DNA from: Eledone cirrhosa
Lineage: Eukaryota
DNA length: 64,000 bases
Reading direction: 5' to 3'
Assembly (NCBI GenBank): GCA_964016885.1
Contig: OZ024747.1
Location: forward strand, 31,806,001-31,870,000
Below, piece by piece: positions 24,366-37,500 of the stretch (positions are counted from its first letter, which is position 1; each line of letters starts with the position of its first letter). Position numbers and translations under genes: made by a program. The notes under the pieces are model-generated. The model was not told where the DNA came from. It ran no database searches and worked only from the letters and a program-made list of their open reading frames with translations.

Positions 24366-25483
24366 GTTTCCACAGATATGAAAGAAATATTTGCATCTTA
24401 AATGTGAGGTATGTTTATATTCTTCTGAACTCCTACTATTCTACTGGTTTTATTTAATAGACTGTGGTTACACTGGAGCCCCACCATGATTTAGTCAATC
24501 ATATCAGCCCCAGTACTTATTTCTTTCGCCTCTTTTTTTTTGTGTTGAACTGGAAAGATATGGAAAACAGAGACAGAGAGAAACATAAGCATGCTTGATA
24601 TAGTATGAAAAGAGTCTTAATGTTTTGGATGCTAGTCCTCATCAGAAAATCTACTTGTCTATCAGGACCTACATTTTCTTATCCCAATTTTTAAAGATCA
24701 TTTCATTTACCAGATCAGACATGACCAAGTACACTAATGATCATCAAAGGCAATCCAGCTGCAAAAATTCCATTCTTTTCTCTCTTTAAAGACCATATCT
24801 ATCTGTTATTTTTTTAAATGGTAGACTGTCAATTTGAATTGATAAAAATGTGGCTGCTATTTCTTGTAGCTTGAGAATGTCTTAGATCATAAGGTCTACT
24901 GGTTTGAACACCAACACTACCAACACCATGAACAACAAACCATTAAAATATACAAACGGTTGAACATCAAACTAACAACTACAAAACTGACAATCAATGG
25001 TGTTGTTATATTATTAAGATAATGAAGACAATGATATAAAAAGATGAAAAGATGGAAATAAAATTGAATATAACATCGTTATTATTTAGAAGTGTCTGTA
25101 AATTGAATAGAGTATTTTTTAAAAATGTACATGAAATCGAATTGTGTTGTAAACAATTTAAGGTTTTGTGGTTGTTTCTTTTTTCTAGGGAGGAGAGGAG
25201 GTGATGCCAAAGAACTGCAGAAGTCTTCAGAGTAAAAAAAAAAATGAAAAACACAGAATCTTAATTAAGTGTAAGATATGGAAAAATGGATGTAAATAGG
25301 ATAATGATTTTATATGTATGTATACACACATACATATGACAGCTGCAACTTGATAACGTCTGTCTTTCCCATTGAGTGGCTACTATGGTTTAGTTGTGTA
25401 GGCTGAGTTTGGGGGTACAGGTTGGCATTCAATTTAGGGTATTTTATGAGGGTATGTAGGCTAATACTGGTCTTATTTGCATA

Positions 25484-27149
25484 TCATCATCATCATCACC
25501 GTTTTACGTCCGTTCTTCCATGCTAGCATGGGTTAGACGGGTTGTCCTGTTGTGGGCAGTGTCTGGTCGGCTGACCTTGCTCATACAGGAACTGATTTGG
25601 CTTGATTTCCACAGCTGAATGCCCTTCCTAACACCAACCTCATTTACAGTGAGTGCTGGGTGCTTTTTCGTGGCGCCTACACGTCCACTTTACAGTGTGG
25701 GCTGGGTGCTTTTTTGCCGTGGTACCTCCATGACCACCTTGCGGTGGGGGGTGTGGGGGCATATTGTCTATATGCTTCAGCTTGTACCCATGGGAGGTCG
25801 GGTACTCTGTATTACTGCGTGACGCTAGAAGTCACGGTCGTGTGTCATTGTCTTTGAGAGGTACAATTGGGTAAGGTCGGCTTTTATCACCTCATCCCAG
25901 GTCATCTTGGGTCTCCCCACTCCGCGGTTTCCATCAACTTCTAGTGCTCTGCACCTTTTTATGCAGCTGTCATCCTTCATACGCATCGCATGTCCATACC
26001 AGCGCAACCGCCTCTCCTGCACACAGCATTTGATTCCTCTTATGCTCAGTCTCTCTCTCAATTCATTTATGCTTTGTCGTTCACGTATATTACTGTTACA
26101 CATCCATCGGAGCATGCAGGCTTCGTTTCTCTCTAATCTACGTAAGTCTTCCACCTTCATCGCCCAGGTCTCACTACCATGCAACATCGCTGTTCGGATA
26201 CACGCATCATACAGTCTGCCTTTCATTCTGAGGGAGAAGCCTTTTGCAGCTAGCAGTGGTAGTAGTTCCCTAAACTTCTTCCATCCCGTTCTTACCCTAG
26301 TTATTGTACTTTCTGAACACCCACCTCCGCTGCTAATTCGGTCACCTAGGTAGAGGAAGCTGTCTACTGTTTCTACAGGGCCCTCCCAGAGATTGGTGGT
26401 ACTTGTTTCCTGTGGCTGTTTGCTGCTTGCTGTATCAGCACAGCTGCTGCATGTGAATCCTACATTCTTAATTAAGCTTCCTGAGATCCCGCTTCATCTC
26501 TTGTGTACCCATTGTTTGCATTTGGGGCAGAGAATGGAGTTCCTACCTACACCTTTCCTACATACTGAGCAATGCCATTTCCCTGAGGGGATCTAGGTTC
26601 TGTTTTCTCGTCTACTTACAAGGACCTTAGTCTTTGTCATGTTGACTTTGAGACCCTTTCTTTCTAGTCCCTGCTTCCAAGTTTGGAATTTCTTCTCTAG
26701 TTCTACCATAGATTCAGCTATGAGTGCGAGGTTATCAGCATACAGGAGTTCCCATGGGCATCCGGTTTTAAACTCCTCCGTTATTGCCTGCAGGACTATG
26801 ATGAACAGGACAGGGCTAAGAACAGAGCCCTGGTGGACCCCAACCTGTACGCTAAATTCCTCGTTATACTCATTGCTAATCCTAACTTTGCTGACTGCTC
26901 CCCTATACATGGCTTGTACCGCTTTCACAAGCCATTCATCTACTCCTAGTTTTCTAAGAGCCCACCAGATTACAGAACGTGGAACTCTGTCAAAGGCTTT
27001 CTCAAGGTCGACAAATGCCAAGTAGAGTGGCTTACTTTTAGCTAGGTACTTTTCGTGTAATTGCCTCACAAGGAAGAGGGCATCAGTGGTGCCTCTCCCT
27101 GGTACAAACCCAAATTACATCTCGTCTATTTTCACCCGGTCCCTAATCA
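25484..27149 (-). mobile_element. 5'-truncated young RTE LINE, same family as 34538-38310
   Basis: Translated segments are almost identical to the C-terminal half of the 1040-aa ORF. It has YADNL in place of YADDL and premature stops. Confidence 0.97.
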
Positions 27150-27254
27150 TATATATACAGGGAATGGGCGAAGGTTTCAAGAACATTATCTTTGTCCGTT
27201 TCCTTGTTGTTTTAATTTGGATTGCCTCGAGAATCTAACCTTATTATGTAAGAA

Positions 27255-27328
27255 GCTGTCTGATGAGATCATGGCATGATTAGGCAGAATCGCATGCCCA
27301 ATGTCGTTATTGAAATATGTATCACAGC
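27255..27328 (+). ncRNA. Hammerhead ribozyme (canonical core) in TA-flanked insertion 27157-27380
   Basis: GCTGT-CTGATGA-GATCATGGCAT..ATGTCGTTATT-GAAA-TATGTA-TC-ACAGC, followed by AATAAA. Confidence 0.85.
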
Positions 27329-28529
27329 CTTATCAATAAAGGACTTTAACGTCTGAAACTACTTCGCATTTTCTTATTATATATATATTTAAAAAGCTAG
27401 TGATATCACTAGTAGCCTCTATCAAATAAAGGACATAAAACAAAAAAAATAATGTTCATTTATTTATTGCAAAGTTTCGAATTTGCAATAAATATATAGA
27501 TATATAAATTTTGTTGATTTTTTTATTATTTCCTCCCAAACTGGAAAGAAGTAGTTAAAATATATATCCTTCTTCACTACAGAGGTGGCACCTCAGTAGT
27601 GAAGATGGAAGTGGGTATAAGGAAAGAAAAGTGTATTACAGTGAAAGAAAGAAAATATGTGTTGTCTGCATCAGATGTTTGAGGTAGGAAATAAAAGAAT
27701 TGAGGGGTATAGGGAAAATAAAAGATAATATGGGAAGTCATCATACACATACACATGCAAAACCAGAACTGTATGTTTGTGTTTGTGTGTATGTTTGTCT
27801 GTGTGTGTGTGGTTTGTGTTTGTGCATGTCTGCTTATATGTATATTTCTGTGAGTGTTTGTGCATGTGCATGAATAGATTACACTCCACATACAAACCCA
27901 AGAACAGGTTTATGTACACATCACCAGATAGCCTCTCTCTACACATATTTATACAGTCCATCTTTCTATGTCCCATTGTTGTAAATACAATAAAGTTATT
28001 ATTTTGTTATTTAACTAATAATTTTAAAGGAGTTTATTAGGAAAAGCATTAAACAGGATCTGCCGCAATAATAAGAGATAACAGCACAATGTCAAGTACA
28101 TTAGATCTCTTCTTTGTAAATAACTCTCACACAACATAAATTTACTTGAATCACTTGAGACCAAGAACTTGCCTGTTAACTGTCTTTTAGGAGGGATACA
28201 TTCAATGTATATTGCAAGAGTGTTTCAACAAAGTAATTTGGCAGCAATATATGTCATATGAGGGCGGATATTTAGCAAAGTTGTTAGAACACCAGACAGA
28301 ATGTTTTGCAGTATTTGTTCAAGCTCTTTGCTCTTTGAGTTCAAATCCCACTGATGTCAACTTTGTCTTTCATCCATATGAGTACCAGTCAAGAATTGGG
28401 AATCAATTCCTCCTCTATATCTCTTTCTCACTTCCATTTTTTCACTCTTTGTCCTATTGAAGAAATCTATTGTATTCATGCCTAGATAAGAGATGGGCTG
28501 TGCCAGGTTTAAAAATGCCCTAGAAATGT

Positions 28530-28572
<43 letters not shown>

Positions 28573-28910
28573 TGTTGAGCTCTGCTGACGATCGTATTCC
28601 AACCGTGACCATCTCCACTGAAAGTTTACGTGAAATAGTCTTTTTCAAGACTATACAGAGCATTTGTAGTTGTCCCAAATTGAAGGATGAGTATTTTAAA
28701 CTTTATTTTATCATGAGTTAAGGGTCTATTGATTTTTCAATGGATTTCACTAAATTCTGTTGGATAAGTCTATATCCTGATTCTTTTTGAATTGAGTTTG
28801 AATTATTTTTTCCACATCTTACGTTAACTATTTTCCCATTTTGATGCTATAGTCACTTATATATTATGGAATACTGTTGGCTTCTTGCTACAATACTTTC
28901 TATACCTTTC

Positions 28911-28949
<39 letters not shown>

Positions 28950-28993
28950 TAATAAATACAAAGAGCAAAATCCAAAGAGGACTCGTTAAGGGT

Positions 28994-29089
<96 letters not shown>

Positions 29090-29115
29090 TATATATAAAC
29101 CCATAGTGCAAATAT

Positions 29116-29153
29116 TTCATTATTAGTACAGATTAATCTGTACTAATAATGAA
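29116..29153. repeat. Perfect 38-bp palindrome next to (TA)n
   Basis: TTCATTATTAGTACAGATT|AATCTGTACTAATAATGAA. Confidence 0.9.
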
Positions 29154-30261
29154 TATGATATATACATAAAAGGGTTGGGAGGACCCTCAGTTGTGTTAAA
29201 CACATGACAAACTTTCCTATGTATGCAGTAGAACGTGAAACCATGCTTAAGTGTGATGCTGATCCCTGGCTTGCCTGGGAGATCAGTAGGCACCACTTCA
29301 GTACTGACGACTAGGTAGATCTGTCCAACCCTTGTTAGCAGGGAAAGCAGACATTAAAACAATGATGATGATGACAATGATGATATAACAAGTAAAATAT
29401 AATATACATTTTACACTAATATAAGATTCATTTATAATTGCAAACCAGTATATACTTTAAAAACAACTGATACACAATAAACTTCATTCATCATTGTTTT
29501 CCACAATGCCAGGAATTTTATATTCTTTTTAAATTTCAACAGGTGTTACAGATTGTAATTACACTTCAGGACAAATAATATAACTTAATTACCTTGACAA
29601 AAAAAGCCATCTAATTTGTTTTCAAGTGTCCATTTTATCCACTTTTCCAAACTGTTTCTTTAATTTCATTGTTTAATTAAGTTTACAAAAATTTCCTTTG
29701 AAACAAAACATTTCACATGTATTATGGAAAATGATATTGAATAAACATTTTATATGGTGTTAGTTGGCAGAAAGATATACAGATATCTTTTTACTGACGC
29801 CCACAGATGAAGTAAAACATATTTTTACAAACAAACCTAAATTAACTCTCCACACACCTCCAAAACAAATTTCCTTCATAAACTAATATAGATATTGGGG
29901 GGGAGGGGCTTTTGTTTTTTGTTGTTATTTTTCAGGTGAAAGTTATCTGGCTGTGGGGCTCTACAAGAAAGATGTATGTCTATTATGTCTTTGAGAAAAT
30001 GTTAGAGGTTCATAAAGGGAATCGAAAAAGAAAAGGGAAAGTAAGAGAAACAAACAGTGTGAGAGAATAAAGGCAAAGACTATGGAGAGGGAGGAGGAGG
30101 ATATAAAACATGGGATGAGAAGGGATGTTTTAGGTGAAAATGTAAGTCATGCTGAAAGTTTACATTGCATTTATATAGAGATTTACGAAACCTATGCATA
30201 TACTAAAGATTTACAATTTATCCACAAACAGTTTTGGTTCTTAAGTTACTTAGTTTATATA

Positions 30262-30592
30262 TCATCATGATCATCACGATCATCATTTTACGTCCGCTTT
30301 TCCCTGCTTGCAAGGGTTGGACGGGTCCTATTCAGCACAGCATCTCTCCACTTGTCACGGTCCTTCGTCATCTCCTCAGTGAGTTTCAGCGATCTGAGGT
30401 CTGCTCTCACCACCTCCGCCCATGTTTTACGTGGTCTACCTCTACTGCGTCTTCCTTCTACTGGGATTTCTTGGCACTTCTTTACCCAGTGGTCATCCTC
30501 CATGCGCATCACATGTCCATACCATCTCAGCCTTCTCTACTGCACACCACAATTTATCCCTCTTATACCCAGTTTCTTTCTCAACTCGTCCA
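30262..30592 (-). mobile_element. RTE (second family) 3' end
   Basis: MRMEDDHWVKKC..GRPRKTW..W. Tail CTTGCAAGCAGGGAAAAGCGGACGTAAAATGAT. Confidence 0.9.
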
Positions 30593-31251
30593 TATATATG
30601 TATATGTATATGTATATATAATTTAAACATACTTTAAATGATGATACACAAATTAAAGAACTGAGGCACTGTCTGTCTGTGTTAACTCTTGTATGTTTAA
30701 TAAAGAAAAATTTTACCTTGCTGTGTGAATAGACCCAGTAGTTAAACTAATACAGGATTTCTCTTCAAAACAAAGAAACTCAGTTTTATCTGGCTATTGC
30801 CTGCTCATCAGTGTCTATAGAGGGAGATTGTAACTGATAACTACTTTAGAAAAATACATATATTTGTATACCAGTACATTCCTTAGTGGAATGTATCAAT
30901 TAATAAAAGAAAAGAGACAGCCTGTCAGTGAATTAAACATAACTATGTCTATATGTGCATATATAAAAAATAAACATTTAAACTCACTGGGAAAATACAG
31001 TTTATTGTTAAACCACAAATATCACTCTTGAGAAACATTGAGAAAGGATAACAGTGAGCAATGGGAAAGAGAACTTAAGTGAGAGTGAGAGAGAGGAGGT
31101 TGGCATTAGGAAGGACATCCAGCTGTAGAAACCAAGCCAAAATCGATCCTGCATGTGCAAGACACAGTCATCCAATCTAACTTGTATCACAACAGGACAA
31201 CTTATCTAACCCATGCTAGTACCGATAAATAGAAATTAAATGGTGATGATG

Positions 31252-31310
<59 letters not shown>

Positions 31311-31311
31311 T

Positions 31312-32126
31312 ACACGGGTGTGTATGATTGTGTAGGAATTCCAACTTTGTCTGATTTACTCGTTTTATTTACAATCCTTTAAAATTATAATATTATAATG
31401 AAAATAGAATGCTAGAATATTAAATGTTAAGCATTAATTGAACAAGTACTTTCATGCTTTCGCAATCTTCAGGTTCATATTCAGTGGTGACAGTCAAGTT
31501 TGCAATTTTCAACTGTAATGAGATGGGTAAATTCTATGCCCTGTATACAGTAAAAAGGGGCTACAGAATGCCAGGCTTTGCAAACTGTATTTTGACCAAT
31601 TGGTGTGTGGTTTCACTAGATTACTAAAGCTGATTGGTTTAGGTGTCACGGTTGGTTGAGCATGTCTAACGACTTCTATTTGACCCTATCCAAAGCATCA
31701 ATTGTTTTGCTATTTTTAGAAATGATGAAAATAACATTTTCTAGGGTTTTTATAAAAGATCTTCAACATCAACATCACTTTTATTATTATTGTTGTTGTT
31801 GTTGTTGTTGTTAGTGGTGGTAGTCGACATGGTCGTAGGCGTAGTCATAGTAGGAGTAATACCCCTAAGCATTATTATTGTTCATTTAGCTTGGGTTGGA
31901 ATTTATTAATAAAATTCTTTTCTTTAATTTTTCTCCTGATTTCACTTGGGCTGTGTAATTTGTAGAATGGAAATATTATAAATATTTTCTGATCACATGT
32001 TGCTAGATGGTTACTCAGGGGTATCTGACGGACATTTGGGTCTCTGATTTGCTGTCGGTGCATCCGTGCACGTTCCGATAGTGCATTTCCAGTTTGACCG
32101 ACATATAGTTCTTCACATTTCGGGCA
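31312..32126 (-). mobile_element. PLE 3' end (Neptune-like GIY-YIG + UTR + HHR)
   Basis: 31875-32126 encodes CPKCEELYVGQTGNALSERARMHR..KEKNFINKFQPKLN. Confidence 0.85.
31439..31477 (-). ncRNA. Minimal 39-nt hammerhead ribozyme
   Basis: Reverse complement reads TGAAC-CTGAAGA-TTGCGAAAGCAT-GAAA-GTAC-TT-GTTCA, with palindromic stem III AGTACT. Confidence 0.88.
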
Positions 32127-32156
32127 TATGCATGCATATACACATACACACACACG

Positions 32157-32345
32157 AGTCTTATGTTGCTGTGCTTGATGATATCAGTAATGTAATAATG
32201 TAGATTATGAAAAGAAGTGGACCCAACAGAGTGCCTTGCGGGATGCCACAGTTGACGTTGTCTGGGCTTGATTTTACACCTTCGATTACAACATGCTGGG
32301 CTCTGTCAGTAAGGAAACACTTGATCTATTGTAGTAACTTTCCAT
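32157..32345 (-). pseudogene. CR1/L2-group LINE RT fragment
   Basis: FLTDRAQHVVIEGVKSSPDNVNCGIPQGTLLGPLLFIIYITDI. Confidence 0.8.
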
Positions 32346-32378
32346 TTATATGTGTATATATATATATATACATGCATA

Positions 32379-32429
<51 letters not shown>

Positions 32430-32431
<2 letters not shown>

Positions 32432-32640
32432 GAACGAACGATCGACGTTTGTCACATCGGACCAAGGGAACAATGTTTCCGTTGGTCTTTCCAATTGCTA
32501 ATACTATCTATCGGTCGCAACTCCAGGTAGAAGGAGCAACGTGAAATAAAGTGTCTTGCTCAAGGACATAACGCATCGCCTGGTCCAGGAATCGAACTCA
32601 CAACCTTACGATTGCGAATCCAATTCTCTAACCACTCAGT
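32430..32640 (-). mobile_element. CORE-SINE variant (also 50441-50648)
   Basis: tRNA-like head + CCTTGAGCAAGACACTTTATTTCACGTTGCTCC, with a distinct 3' part ending in (TA)n. Confidence 0.8.
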
Positions 32641-32947
32641 TAAATAACAGATTAAAGTTTAAGCAAAGAATCGCTGCTTTCATCCTTAACGGGATCTTCT
32701 GAAACTAACAAAGTCAATCTGTAAACGCAGAAGTTGATATTTCAAAAAACATTGCAACCGGAGGAAGACAGGAAGACGATACTTTGGTTCGTGGAAACGT
32801 TCCCTGTCAGGGCTCAAGCCGTTGAGACGGCTTGAGCTCTGCCGTCGGGGTCATACTTTTTCCTATTTCCCACTTTACTACCCTAAGTATTGAGTACTCT
32901 GGTGAGTTATGGTCCATCTGGTTCCTTACCCCACATTTCCTTTGTTA
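32641..32947. mobile_element. Chimeric fold-back insertion from two PLE families, with a U4A HHR at 32647-32722 (minus)
   Basis: 32641-32807 is the reverse complement of ~21616-21780. 32825-32947 matches 51657-51778. Confidence 0.8.
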
Positions 32948-33003
32948 TATATATATATATTAATTCAAAATATTAACAAAATAGATATTCTTGTGATCAA
33001 TTA

Positions 33004-33070
33004 TATTTTATTATACATATTTCAGAGGTACTGAGTTAAGTTCAACAGTACGTTCTCATCAGATAAAATA
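33004..33070 (-). ncRNA. Hammerhead ribozyme (family of 540-600)
   Basis: Reverse complement reads TATTTTAT-CTGATGA-GAACGTACTG..CAGTACCTCT-GAAA-TATGTA-TA-ATAAAATA. Confidence 0.85.
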
Positions 33071-33247
33071 AAATGATACATGACATACCCTAACATAGTA
33101 AATGGTTAAGATTCAGTCTTGGTAGTGATTAACTTATGACAAAACTCAATATTTATACCCTAATATTGAGAACATGAGATAACATAATACAAACAATATT
33201 GTAAAACTCATTCTTTGATGTATTCATTGAACCTTGTTTAACTCATA

Positions 33248-33310
<63 letters not shown>

Positions 33311-33313
<3 letters not shown>

Positions 33314-33687
33314 CGTTTCTGAATTTGTTTAGCAAGATTCTTTATCTGAAATCGTGTGTTGAAACCGATATTGTTATACTTTGGGAGGGTCATGTTGCCA
33401 ATAAGAAACACACGCACCAGTTGCTTTCACTTCAATTTATTATATATTTATAAATTTACAAATCTACAAACTTATAAATTTCTGGTTGGTTGGTTGGTTC
33501 CACAACCAGATAGTTGTTTATATATATAGTCATAGTCCTTTCGTCACACACTCTGTGACCTCTTCAGTGACTGGGGATTCCTTTCTTCGTTTCTGTGCCT
33601 TTTCTTTCTTCTATCCTACGCCATTTTGTTTCTGTGTGTGTGTTGTGTGCTCAGTTTCTTATTGGCAACATGACCCTCCCAAAGTAT

Positions 33688-33695
<8 letters not shown>
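33311..33695. mobile_element. TA-flanked mini-PLE with a 42-bp inverted end and an HHR at 33528-33572 (minus)
   Basis: Inverted repeat 33368-33409 / 33654-33695. HHR reads AGTCA-CTGAAGA-GGTCACAGAGTGTGAC-GAAA-GGAC-TA-TGACT. Confidence 0.85.
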
Positions 33696-33756
<61 letters not shown>

Positions 33757-33795
33757 TATACACACATATATATGCATATATATATATACATATAT

Positions 33796-34468
33796 GGAGA
33801 CACATGGCTTAGAGGTTAGAGCATTGGCCTTGCAATCGAAAGGTTGTGAGTTCAATTCTCAGACCGGGTGATGTGTTGTTTCCTTCAGCAAGACACTTTA
33901 TTTCACACTGCTCCAGTTCACTCAGCTGTAGAAATGAGATGATAGGGATCCCAGTCCCTATCACTCCACTGCAAAGTGGTCGTGGAGGTGCCACGGCAAA
34001 AAAGTACCCAGCACTCACTGTAAATGAGGTTGGCATTAGGAAGGGCATCCAGCTGTAGAAATCAAGCCAGAATCAATTCCCGTCACACCCTTGCAAGCAG
34101 GGAAAAGTGGACGTAAATTGAAATGAAAAATGAAATGATATATATATATATTAATGGAGGCAGATGGCTTAGAGCAATCGAAAGATTGTGAGTTCAATTC
34201 TCAGATCGAGAGATGTGTTGTTTCACTTTATTTCACATTGTTCCAGTTTACTCAGCTGTTGAAATGAGATGATAGGGACTGGGGTGTAGGTGCAACAGCA
34301 AAAAAAAGCACCCAGCACTCACTGTAAAGTGGACGTGTAGGCACCACGGCAAAAAAGCACCCACCACTCACTGTAAATGAGGTTGGTGTTAGGAAGGGCA
34401 TCCAGCTGTAGAAATCAAACCCCACCCTTGCAAGCAGGGAAAAGCAGATGTAAAATGATGATGATGAT
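33796..34468 (+). mobile_element. Two tandem CORE-SINEs with RTE tails (33796-34138 and 34156-34468)
   Basis: Same head, CORE and tail as 12415. Confidence 0.88.
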
Positions 34469-34537
34469 TATATATATATATATAGATGCATAATATATAT
34501 ATATATGCATCTATATATATATATATATATATATATA

Positions 34538-37500
34538 GATGGATATTTACCATGGATATTTACCATGCGGTCTTCTAATTCTATTGTATCTCTCTCGTCG
34601 GTTATTTACCATGCGACCCTCAGTGCCTACCTCACAATTTCCCTCCTACCCACCCCCACACCACCATAGCCGATTCGACCAATCAAACATCAGCATGCCA
34701 TTTCCACTGCTGCTGCTGCTGCTGCTACTACCTACCTAACTAACTCTCTCCTCCTCTGGCGCAGCCCAACACACCCTGCCATTACCCCACCACCACTGTT
34801 CTTCTAGCCCTCAATTTCCCCACCGTTATGGATGGATGAGCTGAGAATACATTTGAGAAACTCTGAATCAATAGATGAAATATGAATCTGCGAGCTACCA
34901 AGCACCCACGTGAAGAGCCAACCCAGAGACCCTCCCCTACGAGTGTCGACAAATGCCCAAAACTCCGAGTTGGTACCATCAATGTAGGCTCAATGAAAGG
35001 AAGAGCAGAAGAAATCGTAGACATGCTAGAGCAAAAGGAAGTTGATGTATGCTGTGTGCAAGAGACTAGATGGAGAGGAGAGTCTGCTAGAGTCCTTGTA
35101 GGAAAAAGCCAGTGCTACAAATTTTTCTGGGTGGGAAATGACGATGGGATGGGTGGTGTGGGTATACTATTAGCTGACAAGTGGGTAGATAAAGTAATCT
35201 CAGTGTACAGGGTAAATGCAAGAATCATGAAACTCAGACTAGTCCTGAATAAGACAATTACCACAATAATATCAGCTTACGCACCCCAACCGGGGCTGCC
35301 AGACGAACTTAAGGATAGGTTTTACGAATCCCTAATACACACTACTGCTCTAACAGACGACAAGGACTTCCTAATCATCGCAGGAGATTTTAACGGACAC
35401 GTAGGTAAACACTGCGACGGCTTCAATAGAGTACATGGAGGCCATGGAGTTGGCACAAGGAATGAGGAAGGATTCAGACTCCTAGAATTCTGCGACGCCA
35501 ATGACATGTCGATATGTAACACAAACTTTAAAAAACCCGACAACCACCTGATCACCTATAGATCAGGGGAGCACTCTAGTCAGTTAGATTTTATCCTCAT
35601 CAGAGGGCGTGACAGATGGACGGTCGTAAACACAAAAGCCTTCCCTAGTGAGGAATGTACATCCCAACATAGCTTAGTTGTCAGCGACCTCACGGTCAGA
35701 ACTAGACGAACCCGGAAACAGAGGCCAACCTGGAGAAGAAAGATCTGGAAGCTGAAAGTCCCCTCAACCAGTAACAGATTTAAAGATATTTTACTCAACG
35801 CCTACGACAGTAAAGAGGAACAGATAGAGACATTTAACGTAGAAGAGAACTGGGAGTTCCTAAAAAATAATTTACTAGAGGCGACGGATGAGGTCTGTGG
35901 CTGGAGTAAGACCTCAAGCAGGAGGAGAGTGACTTGGTGGTGGAACAATAAGGTAGATGAAGCAGTTAAGGCCAAGAGACAGGCATGGAAAGAATGGAAG
36001 AATGGGGGGAGCAGGGTACATTACATAGAGACCAAGAGGGAAGCTAGGCGACAACTATACTTAGCTAGGAGGGAAGCAGAGGATAGAAAATTCAAGCATG
36101 TTTTACAACGTGAGGAACAGAAACAGGAGGTATTCAAGATTGCGAGGCAGTGTGTCAGAGATAGTTGTGATGTCATTGGAGAGAAGTGTATCCGGAATGA
36201 TAAAGGTGAGCTTGCCCTCACAAGTGCTGAGAAGAAAGATGCATGGAAGAGTCATTATGATAGATTACTAAATGAGGAGAATGCATGGGAAGAAGAGACC
36301 CTACCCCAAGTAGACCCTATAGAGGGACCAGCAGTACAAGTCAGCAGCAGCGTAGTAAGTAAGGCAATCAAAGATATGAAGATGGGGAAGGCAACCGGTC
36401 CATCGGGTATAGCTGCCGAGATGCTGAAGGCATCTGGGTCTGTAGGTCACAATATAACCACACGTATCGTTAACCAGGTAATACTAGAAGGGGCCATACC
36501 AAAAGATTGGTGCAGTAGCATCATTGTCAACTGCTACAAAGGTAAAGGCGATGCACTAGATAGAGGAAACTATAGAGGTATAAAGTTGATGGACCAGATC
36601 ATGAAAGTAACAGAAAGAGTTATAGCACAGCTGATTAGGGACCGGGTGAATATAGACGAGATGCAATTTGGGTTTGTACCAGGAAGAAGCACCACTGATG
36701 CCCTCTTCCTTGTGAGGCAATTACACGAAAAGTACCTAGCTAAAAGTAAGCCACTCTACTTGGCATTTGTCGACCTTGAGAAAGCCTTTGACAGAGTTCC
36801 ACGTGCTGTAATCTGGTGGGCTCTTAGAAAACTAGGAGTAGATGAATGGCTTGTGAAAGCGGTACAAGCCATGTATAGGGGAGCAGTCAGCAAAGTTAGG
36901 ATTAGCAATGAGTATAGCGAGGAATTTAGCGTACAGGTTGGAGTCCACCAGGGCTCTGTTCTTAGCCCTCTCCTGTTCATCATAGTCCTGCAGGCAATAA
37001 CGGAGGAGTTTAAGACCGGATGCCCATGGGAACTCCTGTATGCTGATGACCTCGCACTCATAGCTGAATCTATGGTAGAACTAGAGAATAAATTCCAAAC
37101 CTGGAAGCAGGGACTAGAGAGAAAGGGTCTCAAAGTCAACATGACCAAGACTGAGGTCCTTGTAAGTAGACGAGAAAACAGAACCCAGATCCCCTCGGGG
37201 AAATGGCCTTGCTCAGTATGTAGGAAAGGTGTAGGTAGGAACTCCATTCTCTTCCCCAAATGCAAACAATGGGTACACAAGAGATGTAGCGGGATCTCAG
37301 GAAGCTTAATTAAGAATGTAGGATTCACATGCAGCAGCTGTGCTGAAACAGCAATCAGCAAACAGCCACAGGAAACAAGTACCACCAATCTCTGGGAGGG
37401 CCCTGTAGAAACAGTAGACAGCTTCTGCTACCTAGGTGACCGAATTAGCAACGGAGGTGGGTGTTCAGAAAGTACAATAACTCGGGTAAGAACGGGATGG

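Noticed and set aside
28580-28630. CTGACGA...GAAA as a hammerhead
   Set aside because: No stem I or stem II pairing. It looks like a SINE-tail fragment.
34538-34881. HDV-like ribozyme in the RTE 5' UTR
   Set aside because: Such ribozymes are known in some RTEs, but I could not build the nested double pseudoknot by eye.
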